Assembly: GCA_945877765.1 (NCBI GenBank)
Contig: CAMDWQ010000007.1
Span: 23,024-87,023, forward strand
Reading direction: 5' to 3'
DNA: 64,000 nucleotides
Origin: Candidatus Omnitrophota bacterium
GTDB lineage: Bacteria > Omnitrophota > Gorgyraeia > 2-02-FULL-51-18
The notes beneath the pieces were generated by a model, which was not told where the DNA came from, made no database searches, and saw only the letters and a list, made by a program, of their open reading frames with translations. Each line of letters starts with the position of its first letter. The first letter of the stretch is position 1. Below, piece after piece: positions 29,458 to 39,312 of this stretch. A program made the translations under genes and the position numbers.

Positions 29458-29943
29458 ATGAAACCAAGAGTAGCGATTCTGATGGGAAGTGATTCGGACG
29501 CCGAGGCGCTCAAGCCTTGCGGCGAAGTATTGAGAGAGTTTGGAGTCCCTTTTGTTGCGCGAGTTTTATCCGCTCACCGCACACCACATGAAACCGTGCA
29601 ATTTGCTGAGGCGGCAAAAGGCGAAGGGATTCAAGTGATGATTTGCGCAGCGGGAGGTGCCGCCCATTTAGCAGGGGTTGTTGCGGCACATACCGAATTG
29701 CCCGTGATTGGAATTCCCATTGAGACCTCTTCTTTTAAGGGCATGGATTCCCTTCTTTCGACGGTGCAGATGCCGGCAGGGACTCCGGTGGCAACCGTCG
29801 CGGTGGGTCCGGGCGGCGTGCGCAACGCGGCATTTTTGGCGATCCGCATGATGGCGATGCAAGACCCAGTGCTCGAAAAAGCGCTCATCGATTACAAAAA
29901 AAAGAATATCGAGAAAATTTTAAAAAAAACAGTCACCCTTTGA
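29458..29943 (+). CDS. purE: 5-(carboxyamino)imidazole ribonucleotide mutase
   Basis: MKPRVAILMGSDSD...ICAAGGAAHLAGVVAA...; the track ORF start 29383 is repeat read-through. Confidence 0.9.
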   Translation: MKPRVAILMGSDSDAEALKPCGEVLREFGVPFVARVLSAHRTPHETVQFAEAAKGEGIQVMICAAGGAAHLAGVVAAHTELPVIGIPIETSSFKGMDSLLSTVQMPAGTPVATVAVGPGGVRNAAFLAIRMMAMQDPVLEKALIDYKKKNIEKILKKTVTL

Positions 29944-30389
29944 AGAACATTCTATTTGTTTGTACAGGTAATAGCTGCCGCTCCGTAATGGCAGAGGGGC
30001 TTTTTAAAAAAGCCGTGGCCGGCCGTGAAAAAGATTTTATTGTGGGATCGGCGGGGGTAGCGGCGTTTGATGGTTATCCCTCGACGCTTGAAACTATCCG
30101 GGCGATGCACCGGGAGGGGATTGATATCTCGGGCCACCAGAGCCGGCGACTGACGCGTGAGATGGTGGAACAAGCCGATAAGATTTATGTGGCTGAAAAA
30201 TTGCACCAGGAAATGATTTTAAATTTTTGGCCCCAATCGGTCGGCAAGGTGCATCTTTTGACGGAGTTTGCAGACGACAAAAATAAGGGGATGGATGTGC
30301 CGGACCCCATCAAAACATCGGATGAGTTTTACCGCGAAATTTTAAAGATGATTGAAAAATGTATACACAGGATTGTAGAAACAGTTTAA
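29940..30389 (+). CDS. low-molecular-weight protein phosphatase (YwlE-like; Tyr/Arg phosphatase)
   Basis: ILFVCTGNSCRSVMAEG (CX5R P-loop) and the DPI general-acid motif; conserved ywlE-rpiB-glyA order. Confidence 0.8.
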   Translation: MKNILFVCTGNSCRSVMAEGLFKKAVAGREKDFIVGSAGVAAFDGYPSTLETIRAMHREGIDISGHQSRRLTREMVEQADKIYVAEKLHQEMILNFWPQSVGKVHLLTEFADDKNKGMDVPDPIKTSDEFYREILKMIEKCIHRIVETV

Positions 30390-30392
30390 TTA

Positions 30393-30440
30393 TGTCATTT
30401 CTAGGTTTGATCCCCGATTAAAACATTCGGGGATGACACA
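30393..30440. repeat. Family B half-repeat, copy B4
   Basis: gtcatttctaggtttgatccccgattaaaacattcggggatgacac. Confidence 0.7.
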
Positions 30441-30452
30441 AATGGAGAAATT

Positions 30453-30947
30453 ATGAAAATTGCTATTGGTGCCGACCACGGCGGGTTTACTCTTAAAAAA
30501 GAAATTGACTCTTTTTTACAAGCTCAGGGACACCAGGTGTTGGATTTTGGTACTTTTTCTGGGGAGTCTTGCGACTATCCAGAGTTTGCGCATAAAGTTT
30601 CTCAGGCTGTTTCGGCAAAAAAAGTGGACGCTGGGATTCTTATCTGTAAAAGCGGAAATGGCATGGCGATTGTGGCAAATAAGTTTCCGGGAGTTCGTGC
30701 GGCGATCTGTTTTGACAAAAATGTGGCTGCGCTGTCACGTCAGCACAATGACGCCAATATTTTGGTTTTGGGTTCTGAGCACTTATTTGATGAGCCTGAG
30801 ACCATCATCAAAGAATGGCTCTCGGCGAATTTTGAAGGAGGCCGGCATAAGAGGCGAGTGGAACAGATCCTAAGAATTGAAAATAAAATTTGTTCCAAAG
30901 CGACCCCCAAAAAACAACTGAAGAAAAAGGCAAAAAAGAGAAAATGA
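30453..30947 (+). CDS. rpiB: ribose-5-phosphate isomerase B
   Basis: [15 protein letters not shown]...[15 protein letters not shown]...; unusual Lys-rich C-terminal tail ([12 protein letters not shown]). Confidence 0.88.
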   Translation: MKIAIGADHGGFTLKKEIDSFLQAQGHQVLDFGTFSGESCDYPEFAHKVSQAVSAKKVDAGILICKSGNGMAIVANKFPGVRAAICFDKNVAALSRQHNDANILVLGSEHLFDEPETIIKEWLSANFEGGRHKRRVEQILRIENKICSKATPKKQLKKKAKKRK

Positions 30948-32200
30948 CTTCACTTCGCCAATCAGACTCAGAGATTTTTCGCGCGATTGCCAACGAGACG
31001 CGTCGTCAGAATGACAATATTGAACTGATTGCTAGCGAAAATTTTACAAGCCTTGCCGTCATGGAAGCGGTTGGCTCGGCGCTTACCAACAAATATGCTG
31101 AAGGATATCCTGATAAGCGCTGGTACGGCGGGTGCGAGTACGTGGACGTGGTTGAGACTTTGGCGATTGAGCGCGCCAAGAAGCTTTTCGGGGCAGAACA
31201 TGCCAATGTCCAGCCTCATTCCGGCTCTCAAGCCAACGCGGCGGTTTATTTTTCAATGCTTACTCCTGGGGACACCGTTTTGGCGATGAATCTCTCGCAC
31301 GGAGGGCATCTAACCCATGGACACCCCATGAATTTTTCAGGCAAACTTTTTAAGATCGTGCCTTACGGCGTCAAACAAGCAGACGAGCGGCTTGATTACG
31401 ATGAGATCGAAGCTTTGGCGCTTCAGAACAAACCCAAAATGATTTTGGCAGGTGCCTCCGCTTATCCACGCATCATTGATTTCGCACGTTTTCGCAAGAT
31501 CTGCGATAAGGTCGGGGCGTTTCTCATGGTGGATATGGCCCATATCGCCGGGCTTGTGGCGGCCGGTCTACATCCCAATCCGGTACCGTATGCCGAATTT
31601 GTCACCACCACGACGCATAAAACGTTGCGTGGTCCTCGTGCCGGGCTCATTCTCTGCAGAGCCGAGTTTGCCAAAAAAATTGACGCCGAAGTTTTCCCAG
31701 GCCTTCAGGGCGGCCCGCTCATGCATGTGATCGCCGGAAAAGCAGTGGCGCTCAAAGAAGCTCTCGAGCCCTCTTTTAAGGAATACCAAACCCAGATCGT
31801 CAAAAATGCAAAAGCCTTGGCCGATGAACTTATCAAGAGAGGCTACCGGCTTGTCTCAGGCGGCACCGATAACCATTTAATGCTGGTAGACGTCAACCAA
31901 AAAGGCCTCACCGGCAAAGACTGCGCCCACGCGCTCGACTTGGCTGCCATCACGGTCAACAAAAATGGAATCCCATTTGACACCCAAAGCCCCTTTAAAG
32001 CCGGCGGCATTCGTCTAGGCACGCCCGCGGTAACAACACGCGGCATGAAAGAACCTGAAATGAAACTCATCGCCCAATACATTGATGAGGTACTTACCAA
32101 CATCCAATCCGAATCCAAAATCCAAGCCGTCCGCACCGAAGTCAAAAAACTAACACAAAAGTTTCCGTTGTACCCAGAGCTACTCGAGAAATTAAAGTAA
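30944..32200 (+). CDS. glyA: serine hydroxymethyltransferase
   Basis: Start at [12 protein letters not shown] (ATGA overlap with rpiB stop); SHMT motifs [15 protein letters not shown]. Confidence 0.93.
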   Translation: MTSLRQSDSEIFRAIANETRRQNDNIELIASENFTSLAVMEAVGSALTNKYAEGYPDKRWYGGCEYVDVVETLAIERAKKLFGAEHANVQPHSGSQANAAVYFSMLTPGDTVLAMNLSHGGHLTHGHPMNFSGKLFKIVPYGVKQADERLDYDEIEALALQNKPKMILAGASAYPRIIDFARFRKICDKVGAFLMVDMAHIAGLVAAGLHPNPVPYAEFVTTTTHKTLRGPRAGLILCRAEFAKKIDAEVFPGLQGGPLMHVIAGKAVALKEALEPSFKEYQTQIVKNAKALADELIKRGYRLVSGGTDNHLMLVDVNQKGLTGKDCAHALDLAAITVNKNGIPFDTQSPFKAGGIRLGTPAVTTRGMKEPEMKLIAQYIDEVLTNIQSESKIQAVRTEVKKLTQKFPLYPELLEKLK

Positions 32201-32298
32201 TATCTCTAAGCACGACACACCTGCGGGGTGTGGGCGATAGCCCATTCCCCGGAGGTGTGTAAACGGTAAGAACAAACACGAGTTTTTTAATAGAACCC

Positions 32299-32327
32299 TT
32301 GAATCAACTCCTTTTAGATTGTATACT
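32299..32327 (+). promoter_or_regulatory. candidate promoter of higBA (TTGAAT-N17-TATACT)
   Basis: Near-consensus -35/-10 with 17-nt spacer ending ~17 nt before the higB ATG. An imperfect 13-bp inverted repeat (cacacctgcgggg...ccccggaggtgtg) lies 60 nt upstream. Confidence 0.45.
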
Positions 32328-32344
32328 TCTTATAGGTTGTATTT

Positions 32345-32671
32345 ATGACGAATGTAGAGTTTTATGAAGATCCAAAAGGCAACCGTCCCGTGCAGGAATT
32401 TATTGATAACCTTACGAAGCGCGCAGAGGTTAATCAGATAGCGGTGCATGTGCGAGAGCTCAAATCACAAGGTTATCGGTTACAGCGTCCGATGTCAGCA
32501 CCACTTAGAGACGGTATTCACGAATTGAGGCCGGGACCGAATAGGATCCTTTATGGGTTTAATAAGGGGATCGCCGTGCTGCTTCACGCGCTAAGAAAGA
32601 AAACGCGAGAAACGCCCAGCAGAGATATTGATAGCGCATTAAAACGTATGCATGAATGGAGGTTAAGATGA
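32345..32671 (+). CDS. higB: type II toxin, RelE/ParE superfamily (Gp49/HigB-like)
   Basis: EFYEDPKGNRPVQEFIDNL ... IHELRPGPNRILYGF...AVLLHALRKKTRETP matches the Gp49-like (PF05973) toxin pattern; toxin-first order. Confidence 0.7.
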   Translation: MTNVEFYEDPKGNRPVQEFIDNLTKRAEVNQIAVHVRELKSQGYRLQRPMSAPLRDGIHELRPGPNRILYGFNKGIAVLLHALRKKTRETPSRDIDSALKRMHEWRLR

Positions 32672-32991
32672 AAAAAGCTAAATCTTGGGATGACTACGAG
32701 AAAGAACTTTTTGCCAAAGGAAAGATCACTAAGGAAGAAATGATGGTTGAAAAGCTAAAAATGGATTTTGCCAAGCTTATCTATAATTGCAGAAATCATA
32801 GGAAGTTGACTCAGAATGAACTTGCCCATAAAATGGGGGTGCAACAGCAGTACGTGGCTAAAATAGAATCTGGCGAAGAAAATCTTTCATTAGAGACAAT
32901 TGGTAAATTGTTATTAGCATTACGAAGTGTTTTGAAGGTTAATGTGATCGAGAAAAAAAAGATCACGGGGGATATATTCGAATGTGCATGA
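32656..32991 (+). CDS. higA: XRE-family HTH antitoxin (HigA-like)
   Basis: LTQNELAHKMGVQQQYVAKIESGEENLSLETIGKLL helix-turn-helix; 16-nt overlap with higB. Confidence 0.7.
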   Translation: MEVKMKKAKSWDDYEKELFAKGKITKEEMMVEKLKMDFAKLIYNCRNHRKLTQNELAHKMGVQQQYVAKIESGEENLSLETIGKLLLALRSVLKVNVIEKKKITGDIFECA

Positions 32992-33023
32992 GCTTCATGA
33001 AAAATATTAGAAGGAAGCGATAA

Positions 33024-33482
33024 ATGAAATGTCCGTTCTGCTCTTCCGACGAAGATAAAGTCATTGATTCACGCTCATCCAATGAGGGAAAAAGCGTGCG
33101 CCGCCGCCGTGAATGCTTAAAGTGTGATAAGCGATTCACCACGTACGAATACGTTGAAGAGATTCCCTTGATGGTCATCAAAAAAGACGGCCGCCGGGAG
33201 GCGTTTGATCGTAATAAGATTATTGGCGGGATCATGAAGGCTTGCGAGAAGCGGCCGATTAGCATGGAAAAGATTGAAGGGGTTGTGGACCGCGTGGAAA
33301 AAGAGCTTCAGAAGAGTTTTGATAAGGAAGTCAAAGCGCAGGTCGTCGGGGAACTCGTGATGGACTTGATGCACAAGGTCGATGAAGTCGCGTATGTGCG
33401 CTTTGCGTCTGTCTATAGGCAATTTAAGGATATTAATCAGTTCATGAAAGAACTGAAGGACCTCTTAAGCAAACGCGCGTAA
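33024..33482 (+). CDS. nrdR: transcriptional repressor NrdR
   Basis: [22 protein letters not shown]...[12 protein letters not shown] zinc ribbon + ATP-cone. Confidence 0.92.
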   Translation: MKCPFCSSDEDKVIDSRSSNEGKSVRRRRECLKCDKRFTTYEYVEEIPLMVIKKDGRREAFDRNKIIGGIMKACEKRPISMEKIEGVVDRVEKELQKSFDKEVKAQVVGELVMDLMHKVDEVAYVRFASVYRQFKDINQFMKELKDLLSKRA

Positions 33483-33657
33483 TGTCATCCCAAATGTCAT
33501 CCCCGAAATCTCTTATCGGGGATCATGTATAGGTTTGATTCCCGATAAAAAAATTCGGGAATGACGATGGGTTACCGGTCATCCCCGAGATCTTTAATCG
33601 GGGATCATGTCTAGGTTTGATTCCCGATAAGGACTTTCAGGAATGACACTTTTTTTC
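33483..33657. repeat. Family B repeats, copy B5 (two tandem full copies filling the nrdR-ppiD convergent intergenic region)
   Basis: tgtcatccccgaaatctcttatcggggatcatgtataggtttgattcccgataaaaaaattcgggaatgacg ... ggtcatccccgagatctttaatcggggatcatgtctaggtttgattcccgataaggactttcaggaatgacac. Confidence 0.85.
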
Positions 33658-35084
33658 TATTTTGTTGTTTCTTCTTCGGGGAAAATTTCTTTAAGTAGCG
33701 TCAAATTAGGTTTGAGCTCTTTGCGTAAGCCTTCGAGCAGTTTTTCCATTTCCGCCTGAGATTTTTCGCGTAATATTTTCTTAGAAAATTCTTTCTTAGC
33801 CGCCTCGAACTTTTCCAAATCAATTTCTGAATTTTTGATTACTTTTACCAGTGCAGCGCCACTGGGGACAGCAACCGGCTTGGTGATGTCGCCTTCCTTG
33901 ATAGTAGCCAGGGCTTTGCGAATCGTATCCGAGGGGCCGATCCCCGCAATATAAGAATCTGCTTTGAGGGATTTCATGCTCTTGATTTCGAGTTTTTGTT
34001 CAGACGCAAATTTTTTAAAATCGGAAGCTTTCAGGTCCTTGGATAGCTCAGTCAACTTCTGGACGGAGGTTTGCACCTGCTGTTGATGAGTATAAATTTT
34101 GGTCAACTGCTCTTTACTTTCTTCAAAGGACAAAACTTTAGCGGCGATTTTATCCGTGACTTCAATTTTGCAGAGTCCAGTGGGGATGCGAATCCAACCG
34201 GAAGAACCTTTTACGGGTAGAGAAAAACTTTTATCCATGATTTCATTGACCAGACCCACGCCCGGGATCGATTCATTTTTGGTGAAGTAGTCACTCTGAA
34301 CCGCTTCCAGTCCATGAGCAGCTACAAGCGCGCTGATAGAAGATTTGTTATCGGTCACCGCACTTTTTAGTTCGGCCTCTTTGTCGTTGGGAACTAAAAG
34401 GTACAGGATTTTTACTTTCTCAGGCTCCGTTAATACGTTTTGGTAGAGAGGGTAGATTTGCTTTAGTTGTTCGTCCGAAATAGCCGTTGTGTCTTCTGGG
34501 GTCGAATAGACCACGTATTCAATGTCACGGTCGCCCTGTTGTTGGACGTAGAGCTCTTTTAATTCGGTATCGTTTAATTGAATTTTCGACTCAAGTTTCT
34601 CCTGAATTTTTCCGATGGTGAGCATTTCGCGGATTTCTTCTTCAAAGCGCCGTGGATCGACCTTCAGGTATTCCGTGACAAACATTTTATAGAGGCGGTC
34701 GTCAAATTGCCCTCTGGTTTGCAGAAAACTTTGCTGGCCGATCCACTGCACCACCTCGCGGTCCGAGGCTCGGATGGAGTTTTTTTTGGCGTAGCTTAAA
34801 AGCAGCAGGCGGTCCCAAGCTTCCCCTTTGAAATTGATATAGGTACGCACTTGATCAAAAGCCTGTCCGTACATAATCCGCGCCTGGTGGTCGACGGCCT
34901 TGTAGCTAGCCAGATAATCTTGGAGGGAAATCTTCTTTCCGTGGAGGTGCCCGACAGCAGAAGCACTTTTTTTATCGTCTTGGCTAATGAGAAGTCCTGA
35001 AACGCCAAAGGAGGCGATCACGGCGATGGCCAGGACCAGATAAATTCGTTTTTTGACTTTTTGATTGCGCAGGAAGCTTAGCAT
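33657..35084 (-). CDS. periplasmic chaperone, SurA-N-terminal-domain/PpiD-like (membrane-anchored)
   Basis: N-terminal TM anchor (IYLVLAIAVIASFGVSGLLI) followed by a SurA_N-like chaperone region; 475 aa. Confidence 0.5.
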   Translation of the reverse strand: MLSFLRNQKVKKRIYLVLAIAVIASFGVSGLLISQDDKKSASAVGHLHGKKISLQDYLASYKAVDHQARIMYGQAFDQVRTYINFKGEAWDRLLLLSYAKKNSIRASDREVVQWIGQQSFLQTRGQFDDRLYKMFVTEYLKVDPRRFEEEIREMLTIGKIQEKLESKIQLNDTELKELYVQQQGDRDIEYVVYSTPEDTTAISDEQLKQIYPLYQNVLTEPEKVKILYLLVPNDKEAELKSAVTDNKSSISALVAAHGLEAVQSDYFTKNESIPGVGLVNEIMDKSFSLPVKGSSGWIRIPTGLCKIEVTDKIAAKVLSFEESKEQLTKIYTHQQQVQTSVQKLTELSKDLKASDFKKFASEQKLEIKSMKSLKADSYIAGIGPSDTIRKALATIKEGDITKPVAVPSGAALVKVIKNSEIDLEKFEAAKKEFSKKILREKSQAEMEKLLEGLRKELKPNLTLLKEIFPEEETTK

Positions 35085-35295
35085 GAATTTGCGTATTATA
35101 CAGAAGCGCTGTATTCAAATCAAGCCAAATTGACTTTCATTTTAAGCCATGTTATACTTCAATAACTGTTTATAAGCGATTAAGCCATTTTGGCTTGCCA
35201 GAGTTGTGTGAGCAGGGCGCACGACTCGGCTATTTTTTTCTTAACTTATTCATGTTCAATGGATTACAATTTTAAAAGAGTGGAGAAGGTGGCGA

Positions 35296-36183
35296 GTGTC
35301 CGAAACCAAGTTTAAGCTCAAATTAGGCCTTCCCAAAGGCAGTCTGCAAGAATCGACGTTTAAGATGTTTAAGAAAGCCGGCTACAATGTTTCCGTCGGC
35401 TCGCGGTCCTATTTCCCCTATATTGATGACCCTGAGATTGAAGCGGTGTTAATTCGCGCCCAGGAAATGTCGCGTTATGTGGAGGACGGCGCTTTGGATT
35501 GCGGCCTCACGGGCGAGGACTGGATTCAGGAAAACGGCTCGGATGTCGTGCGTGTAGAAGAGCTTCACTACGCCAAATCCGGGATGAACGCCGTGCGCTG
35601 GGTGTTGGCGGTACCCAATGATTCTAAGATTAAATCGGTCAAAGATCTCGAAGGCAAGCGGGTGGCAACGGAATTAAAAGGTTTCACGGAAAAATATCTC
35701 CAACAGCACGGCGTCAAAGCGGATGTGGAGTTTAGCTGGGGCGCCACCGAAGTCAAAGTGGCGACAGGTCTTGTGGACGCGATCGTCGAGCTCACCGAGA
35801 CAGGCTCCTCACTTCGCGCAAACAACTTGCGGATTGTAGAAACACTGTGCCACTCCACCACCCAGTTTATTACCAATAAAAAAACGTGGGATGATCCGAA
35901 GAAGCAGCAGAAAATGAAGCACATCGCGATGCTTCTGGTTGGCGCGATTCACGCGGAAGCGAAAGTGGGCCTTAAAATGAATGTGAATGAAGACAACCTT
36001 CAGCGCATCATTTCTCTTTTGCCGGCGATGAAAAATCCGACGATTTCCAGTCTCTACTTAAAGGGCTGGCATGCGATTGATACGATTATTGATGAAAAAA
36101 TTGTGCGGGATTTAATTCCTAAGCTCAAGGAAGCCGGGGCTGAAGGAATCATTGAGTACCCATTAAATAAAGTGATTTATTAA
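35296..36183 (+). CDS. hisG: ATP phosphoribosyltransferase (long form)
   Basis: [23 protein letters not shown] ... C-terminal regulatory domain; GTG start. Confidence 0.88.
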   Translation: MSETKFKLKLGLPKGSLQESTFKMFKKAGYNVSVGSRSYFPYIDDPEIEAVLIRAQEMSRYVEDGALDCGLTGEDWIQENGSDVVRVEELHYAKSGMNAVRWVLAVPNDSKIKSVKDLEGKRVATELKGFTEKYLQQHGVKADVEFSWGATEVKVATGLVDAIVELTETGSSLRANNLRIVETLCHSTTQFITNKKTWDDPKKQQKMKHIAMLLVGAIHAEAKVGLKMNVNEDNLQRIISLLPAMKNPTISSLYLKGWHAIDTIIDEKIVRDLIPKLKEAGAEGIIEYPLNKVIY

Positions 36184-36187
36184 TTAG

Positions 36188-36260
36188 TGTCATCCCCGAA
36201 CGTTTTAATCGGGGATCATCCATAGGTTTGATTCCCGATAAAAAATCTCGGGAATGACAT
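36188..36260. repeat. Family B repeat, copy B6
   Basis: gtcatccccgaacgttttaatcggggatcatccataggtttgattcccgataaaaaatctcgggaatgacat. Confidence 0.85.
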
Positions 36261-36289
36261 TGTTGAGTTATTAACTAGGAGAATAGCAA

Positions 36290-36385
36290 ATGCCTTGCGG
36301 TAAAAAAAGAAAACGTCATAAGATGGCAGTACATAAAAGAAAAAAACGCCGTCGTCGCGATAGACATAAGAAGAACTCGAAGTAA
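36290..36385 (+). CDS. unannotated 31-aa highly basic ORF, candidate bS22-like small ribosomal protein
   Basis: AGGAG SD 7 nt upstream of ATG. MPCGKKRKRHKMAVHKRKKRRRRDRHKKNSK (21/31 K/R/H) resembles bS22/mS38 KRRKRM-KKKHRK peptides. Below the ORF-track size cutoff. Confidence 0.4.
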   Translation: MPCGKKRKRHKMAVHKRKKRRRRDRHKKNSK

Positions 36386-36387
36386 CC

Positions 36388-36512
36388 CTTTCCTCCCCTT
36401 TCGAAGGGGAGGTGCCGAAGGCGGAGGGGTTGTAAGGTGATACATAGGCTGTTGTACTGCGTCAACCACCCCGTCGCTTCGGCGACACCCCTCCTTCGTA
36501 AGGAGGGGAAAA
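36388..36512. repeat. Family A repeat, copy A6 (reverse orientation)
   Basis: cctcccctttcgaaggggaggtgccgaaggcggaggggttgtaagg ... ccaccccgtcgcttcggcgacacccctccttcgtaaggagggg. Confidence 0.85.
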
Positions 36513-36576
36513 TTGCAAGGCGTGACACTTTTACGAGTGAATGTTCGTCTAAATGAAATAGATCAAGGAGCCTAAA

Positions 36577-38211
36577 GTGTTCTGGAGAAAATTTAAAGTA
36601 TTTTGGTGGAATCACTGGGTCAAGTTTATGGTGCTTGGCTGGTTGGTTTTCATTTTCTGGTTTCCCGCAGTCTCTCTAGGTTCTCTTGATAAGTATCAGC
36701 GCGACTACATGGTCGCCTTTTTGTCTACCACGGGTTTACAGGCGACGGTTAGTGCGGTGGTATTTGTATGCCTATATTCGTGGGTTCTCCAGGGTGGACT
36801 TCAGAAACTTCGCAACGCTAAAGTCAAAAGCGATGCCGTCAACATTAAGTGGAAAGATGTCATTGGTATTGATTCCGCCAAGGCTGAAGCCAAAGAAATC
36901 GTTGAACTGATCAAAGACCGTGCGCGCATCAAAAAAATCGGTGGCAACATTATTCGCGGCATGCTCATGATGGGGCCTCCTGGCTGCGGAAAAACCTATC
37001 TTGCCAAGGCGATGGCCACGGAAGCAGGCGTACCTTTTATCTCCATGTCCGGCTCTGAATTTACAGAAATGTATGTCGGTGTCGGTGCTTCCCGTGTGCG
37101 TCAACTGTTTAACAAAGCCCGTCGTTTGGCCTATGCCGATGGAGGATGCATCATATTTATCGATGAAATTGACGCGATTGGCCACAAGCGTGTGCATGAC
37201 ACAGGATTTGGCGGTATGCAGGAAAGAAATACGACGCTTAACCAGCTTCTGGTCGAAATGGACGGCCTGGGAGCGAAGTCGGAAAACGTCGTAATTATCG
37301 GTGCGACAAACGCGCCCGAAAGCATCATGGACGATGCGTTATTGAGGCCAGGGCGTTTTGACCGCAAAATTTTTGTCAGTAAGCCCTCGATGATTGAAAG
37401 AGAAGAGCTTTTCCGTTTCTATCTTTCCAAGGTCAAATGCGAAGACAATATCGATATCGGCAAAGTGGCCCGCAAAGCGGTCGGATCAAGTCCTGCGGAT
37501 ATTGCCAATCTCACCAAAGAAGCGGCATTGATCGCTACTCGCAATAAAGTGGACAAGATCAGTGAAGACCATTTGTCCGAAGCGATGGAAAGAATATATT
37601 TAGGACTTAAGAGCAACATCCGCTTGACCGAAAAAGATAAAATGATGACGGCCTATCACGAGACGGGTCACCTGATCGTGCTTTATCTTTTACATCCGAC
37701 AGATGATGTCTTTAAAGCAACGATTATCCCGCGCGGAAACGCACTGGGTCTTGTTTCGCATCTGCCGCCGGATGATAAGTATTCGGTGGACCGCAACGAG
37801 CTTTTGGCCAATATCAAAGTATCTTTGGCTGGCTACGTGGCTGAAAAAATGAAATTTAACACAACCACCAGCGGTGTTCACAGCGATTTTGAAAAAGCCA
37901 TGTGGACGGCGCATCGCATGGTGTGGGATCTGGGAATGGGCAAGAGCAATTGGGTGGGTAATTATAGTTCTATTCCTGCCAACCAGTTGTCCGACGACAT
38001 CAAGCAAAAACTCAATCAAGAAACTCAAGAAATTGTTCAAGACTGCATGAAAGATGTTGAAAAGCTCTTAAGAGATGAAAATGTAATTTTTGAGCGTTTT
38101 GCCCAGGAGCTTATCAAGAAAGAAGAGCTCGATTATGATGACATCGAAGCCATTTTCAAAGAATACGGGAAATCAAATCCCCGTATCACGTCTAAATTCA
38201 TTCCGCAATAA
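36577..38211 (+). CDS. ftsH: FtsH-family AAA+ zinc metalloprotease (short paralog with minimal periplasmic loop)
   Basis: Walker A GPPGCGKTYLAKA, SRH, M41 HETGHLIV (HEXXH); only 544 aa, with two closely spaced N-terminal TM helices. Confidence 0.8.
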   Translation: MFWRKFKVFWWNHWVKFMVLGWLVFIFWFPAVSLGSLDKYQRDYMVAFLSTTGLQATVSAVVFVCLYSWVLQGGLQKLRNAKVKSDAVNIKWKDVIGIDSAKAEAKEIVELIKDRARIKKIGGNIIRGMLMMGPPGCGKTYLAKAMATEAGVPFISMSGSEFTEMYVGVGASRVRQLFNKARRLAYADGGCIIFIDEIDAIGHKRVHDTGFGGMQERNTTLNQLLVEMDGLGAKSENVVIIGATNAPESIMDDALLRPGRFDRKIFVSKPSMIEREELFRFYLSKVKCEDNIDIGKVARKAVGSSPADIANLTKEAALIATRNKVDKISEDHLSEAMERIYLGLKSNIRLTEKDKMMTAYHETGHLIVLYLLHPTDDVFKATIIPRGNALGLVSHLPPDDKYSVDRNELLANIKVSLAGYVAEKMKFNTTTSGVHSDFEKAMWTAHRMVWDLGMGKSNWVGNYSSIPANQLSDDIKQKLNQETQEIVQDCMKDVEKLLRDENVIFERFAQELIKKEELDYDDIEAIFKEYGKSNPRITSKFIPQ

Positions 38212-38219
38212 GCGGCTCT

Positions 38220-39289
38220 TGGATCTCGCCATCAAAGCAGCACCGGGTAGACGCGGATTACGGATTGCGGAGAAGTTTTTTTTTGGATATCCGTTTTCTT
38301 TCGTTCGCCGCGACTGTCTGCTTTTGGCAACCGCCTGTTTATTGTTAACAGGCTGTGTTTCTCATTACACTTATCCTGCGGAAAAAGTACCTCAATCGAT
38401 TGAAAATCTCTGTCAGACCGAATATAAGCTAACGGTTAACGCGCGCGTCGTCGGTAAGACGGTGGGGGCGCTTCTGTATGTGGATCAACTCATTAATGCC
38501 TCCGGGCAAATTCCCAAGGAAGTGCATGAGTCGATGGGCCGTATCTTGCAAGTCGTGGCGCGAGTGGCGCTTTCGACAGATTTACCGCTGGATTTTTGCT
38601 CGGTGGTGATTCGGGATAAAAAAAGCAACAATGAGCTTACGATCACGCGGTCCATCGACGATACACGCCGGGCCAACGCCGAAGCTCTCGGTGTGGAGGA
38701 GTCTATCAGTCGTACGCTCTTTGGTCAGGGAAAATACACGAAGGACACGCTGGGCGACAGCCCTTTCATTTTAAAGGAAGTGAGACTTGAGAATTTTTTG
38801 GCTGAGCAAATTGTCCAAAGAATTCGCTATAGTTTTTCGCATGAGATGGCCGGCAAAAATAAAAAAGACAAAGAGGCTGAGGAGGAGTCGTTGAATCCGG
38901 CGTTTATCCTGGTGGACGGAGTTTTTGAGGATTATAAAGGTAAAAAGGAGTACCGATTTTCCATCCTATCCATGAAATCCGAAGATCCCAAGCAGACGAT
39001 GCTTAATGTATTTAAAACCGTTAACGATGTCCTGGATGGATACCATTTTACCGATTTTGACCAAATCGAAATTCAGGATTATTTAAACCGGCAAAAATTG
39101 GTATTGGACCGAGAGACTTTATTGAGTTATCAGAAAAATAAAATTAAGGATGCGGATATCATTAAACGCTATCTTCAAGAATCCCAGACCGTCCAGGAAG
39201 CTTTCAAGCTATTTGGTTTTAGCGGGGTCGACGGCGTTCCCGGTCAAGTCCCCGTGGAATCGCCTCCCGTCAGTCCCTCCGGTAGTTAA
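38220..39289 (+). CDS. hypothetical lipoprotein
   Basis: Lipobox LLLTGC after a basic n-region. The track ORF from 38090 overlaps ftsH; a TTG at ~38220 just after the ftsH stop is the first plausible start. Confidence 0.45.
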
Positions 39290-39312
39290 TTCTCTAGAAA
39301 CCCTCTTTTCCT

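Noticed and set aside
33483-33657. Possible CRISPR array: tandem near-identical ~30-nt palindromic units with intervening sequence at the nrdR/ppiD and glmU/prs intergenic regions
   Set aside because: The units are the two hairpin halves of the Family B dispersed repeat. Spacing is irregular, only 2-3 units occur, there are no cas genes, and the same element is scattered across about 9 loci. It is a MITE/REP-like repeat, not CRISPR.
35190-35250. Rho-independent terminator-like hairpin + T-run (gccagagttgtg...cacgactcggc-tattttttt) between divergent ppiD-like and hisG
   Set aside because: The stem is imperfect and it lies between divergently transcribed genes, where a + strand terminator has no upstream gene to terminate. 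Probably a fortuitous or promoter-region structure.
38090-38219. Long N-terminal extension of the lipoprotein ORF overlapping ftsH by 120 nt
   Set aside because: It overlaps the well-supported ftsH 3' end in another frame. A lipoprotein signal (basic n-region + LLLTGC) starts much later, so a start just after the ftsH stop is more plausible.
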